Shown one piece after another: positions 61,545 through 64,000 of a stretch of DNA of 64,000 nucleotides. Source of the stretch: Eledone cirrhosa (taxonomy: Eukaryota); the NCBI GenBank assembly GCA_964016885.1, contig OZ024742.1, positions 2,046,001-2,110,000 of the forward strand, in the 5' to 3' direction. Made by a program: the position numbers and the translations under genes. The notes beneath the pieces are model-generated. The model searched no databases. It worked only from the letters and a program-made list of their open reading frames with translations, and had not been told where the DNA came from. Positions within the stretch are counted from its first letter, which is position 1. Every line of letters begins with the position of its first letter.

Positions 61545-61620
61545 GCACACACACACATGCAAAAACTAAAAGTATTATATATATAAATACAGTGATACTT
61601 TGAGATACGAGTTACGAGCT

Positions 61621-61892
61621 AGCGGGTGCAGAATTAATTTCGCCCGGTGAACCCCAACTAAAGTTACTCCCGTCGTTTATATCCGTAAAATGACTAAAGA
61701 TTAAAACAAATGTAATATATTTACGGTTAGGGTTGAATTAACCCTAACCCTAACCCTAAAAAATAACCCTAACCCTAAAAAATAACCCTAACCCTAACCG
61801 TAAATATATTTGTTTTAGTCACTTTACGGATATAAACGACGGGAGTAACTTTCGTTGGGGTTCACCGGGCGAAATTAATTCAGTAACCCCCT
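61621..61892. mobile_element. foldback MITE with a central telomeric-repeat core, inserted in the Tigger 5' region
   Basis: gaattaatttcgcccggtgaacccc...aatatatttacggttagggtt mirrored by aaccctaaccgtaaatatatt...ggggttcaccgggcgaaattaattc; centre has (CCCTAA)n. Confidence 0.85.
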
Positions 61893-62001
61893 GAGAGCGG
61901 TCAGTCCACGTGGTAACTTCGGTGCGCGAGCATCTCTGTTGTGTTACTGTTGTGATTTTAGTTGCTTTTGGTTTATTTCGATAAAAATCTTAGTTTCAAC
62001 C

Positions 62002-63290
62002 ATGAGTCCTAAGAAAGTGAGTGCCAAGAACACTGGCGAGAAAAAGAAAAGGATGATGTCTATGGAAATTAAGCACGACATCGTAGAAAAACATGAGCAT
62101 GGTGTGCGTGTTATTGATTTGGCAAAGGAGTACGATCGTAGTACTTCTACAATATGTACTATTTTGAAACAAAAGGATTCAATAAAGGCTATAACACCAG
62201 CCAAGGGTGTTAAGATAATTTCTAAGCTCGGGACCTCTGTCCACGAAGAGATGGAAAAGTTGCCGTTGGGGTGGTTGACCGAGAAGCAGCTCGCTGGAGA
62301 TACCGTAACCGAGACCATCATCTGTGAGAAGGCACGAGTTATTTATGGAGATTTGGTGCGGCAGACGGTGGGATCATCCTCGGACGAGGCATCGGAAGAG
62401 TCATTCAAAGCCAGTCGGGGATGGTTTAATAATTTAAAAAAGAGGATTGGCATTCACTCCGTCGTCAGGCATGGTGAGGCTGAAAGCTCAGATTTTAAGT
62501 CAGCTGAAGAATTTACTTCATTTTTTGGTGAACTTGTAGAAGCCGAAGGATACATCCCCCAGCAAGTCTTTAACTGTGACGAGACGGCTATTTTGGAAAA
62601 AGATGCCAAGGAGAACGTACATAACAGCAGAGGAGAAGAACTTGCCAGGCCACAAACCTATGACGGATAGGTTGACCCTTGCACTGTGTGCAAATGCGAG
62701 TGGCGATTTAAAGATTAAACCGCTGCTCGTATATCACTCGGAAAACCCCAGGGCCTTTAAGAGTCATAAGATTCTTAAAGAAAAACTGCAGGTTATGTGG
62801 CGGGCAAACCCAAAGGCATGGGTCACCAGGGAGTTTTTTGTGCAGTGGGTAAACCTGGTTTTTGGTCCTGCAGTCAAGAAGTATCTTTTAGATAATAACC
62901 TGCACCTGAAAGCCCTACTCGTCCTTGACAATGCTCCCGCACACCCACCAAATCTCGAGGTTGACATCTTAGAAGAATTCAAGTTTATTAAAGTCTTGTA
63001 CCTTCCAACCAACACCACCCTATCATTCAGCCCATGGACCAGCAGGTGATTTCGAATTTTAAAAAGCTCTTCACCAAGCATCTCTTTCGGCGCTGCTTTG
63101 ATGTTACGAAAAACACAAACCTCACCCTTCGAGAGTTCTTGAAAGAACATTACACTATCGTAGCCTGCCTCAAAATTATAGACATGGCCTGGCAGGGTGT
63201 TACAAGGAGGACCTTAAACTCTGCATGGAAGAAGCCGTGGCCCGAGGTTGTGTCCGAAAGGGACTTCGAAGGATTCGAACCCGAACCCGA
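62002..63290 (+). pseudogene. Tigger/pogo transposase (CENP-B-like HTH domains + DDE), frameshifted at ~62588 and ~63025
   Basis: MSPKK..., FKASRGWF, HGEA, FNCDET/LFWK, LLVLDNAPAHP, QPMDQ. Confidence 0.93.
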
Positions 63291-63291
63291 A

Positions 63292-64000
63292 TGTTTTAGC
63301 CGTTTTAGTGTCGATTTAACCATTTTACCGTCGTTCTAGTCATTTAAGGAGCCGGTTTTGCCATTTTACAGTCGTTTTAGTTATCTAAGTTGTCGTTTTA
63401 GCCATTTTATAGTCGATTTAGCCATTTTACAGACGTTTTAGTCATTTTAGAATCGTTTTAGCCATTTGAGAGTCGTTTTAGTTATTTTAGGAGCCTTTTT
63501 AGCCATTTTACAGTCGTTTTACTCATTTAAGGATCGGTTTTAGCCACTTTGGTCGTTTTAGTCATTTTAGGAGTGATTTTAGTCATTTTAGGAGTCGTTT
63601 CAGTCATATATTGAGTCGTTTTAGCCCCTTTAGGGTCGTGTTAGTCATTTAAGGAGCAGTTTTAGCCATTTTAGAGTCGTTTCAGTCATTTTACAGTCGT
63701 TTTAATCATTTAAGGGGCCCTTTTAGCCATTTTACAGTCGTTTTAATCATTTGAGGAGCCGTTTTAGCTATTTTGCAGTCGTTTTAGTCATTTTAGAATC
63801 GTTTTAGCCATTTGAGAGTCGTTTTAGTTATTTAAGGAGCCTTTTTAGCCATTTTACAGTCGTTTTACTCATTTAAGGATCGGTTTTAGCCACTTTAGAG
63901 TCGTTTTAGTCATTTTAGGAGTGATTTTAGTCATTTTAGGAGTCGTTTCAGTCATATATTGAACCGTTTTAGCCCTTTTAGGGTCGTGTTAGTCATTTAA
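63292..64000. repeat. degenerate ~20-bp satellite, open at the right edge
   Basis: gtcgttttagccattttaca / gtcgttttagtcattttagga units; block from 63441 repeated at 63787 (offset 346). Confidence 0.93.

Larger units (their letters stand above)
61590..63290 (+). mobile_element. Tigger/pogo (Tc1-mariner) DNA transposon, 3'-truncated
   Basis: TA|cagtgatactttgagatacgagt left TIR followed by the transposase. Confidence 0.9.

Noticed and set aside
61725-61800. True telomere or chromosome fusion site
   Set aside because: Only a few repeats, enclosed within a short foldback element nested in a transposon
62002-63290. Domesticated TIGD/CENP-B-like host gene
   Set aside because: Has a TIR, two frameshifts and a 3' truncation; it is a decayed transposon

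Overview
Repeat-dominated eukaryotic DNA with no convincing host gene. The SINE sequence and dense (TA)n/(CA)n tracts resemble cephalopod (Octopus-like) genomes, but that assignment is from recall and is not verified. Bases 1-29.3 kb are a 75-bp tandem satellite (~390 monomers) with block duplications; its long minus-strand ORFs are a by-product of the 25-codon period. The rest is a nest of mobile elements: two 32-bp minisatellites, a decayed CR1-group LINE (APE+RT), two copies of a Neptune-type Penelope-like element (PLE; RT+GIY-YIG), a fragment of a second PLE family, tRNA-derived SINEs with TSDs, non-autonomous Helitron-like elements, MITE/foldback elements, a Tigger/pogo transposase pseudogene and a ~20-bp satellite. 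The most interesting hidden layer is RNA structure. About a dozen hammerhead-ribozyme (HHR)-like folds occur, mostly just upstream of (TA)n tracts. They include two with intact core nucleotides (48020-48086 and 61218-61273, both minus strand) and a 5-copy repeat family with a full three-helix type I fold but a non-canonical core (CAGAAGA, U.U at the base of stem II). All folds were read by eye and need computational and biochemical testing.
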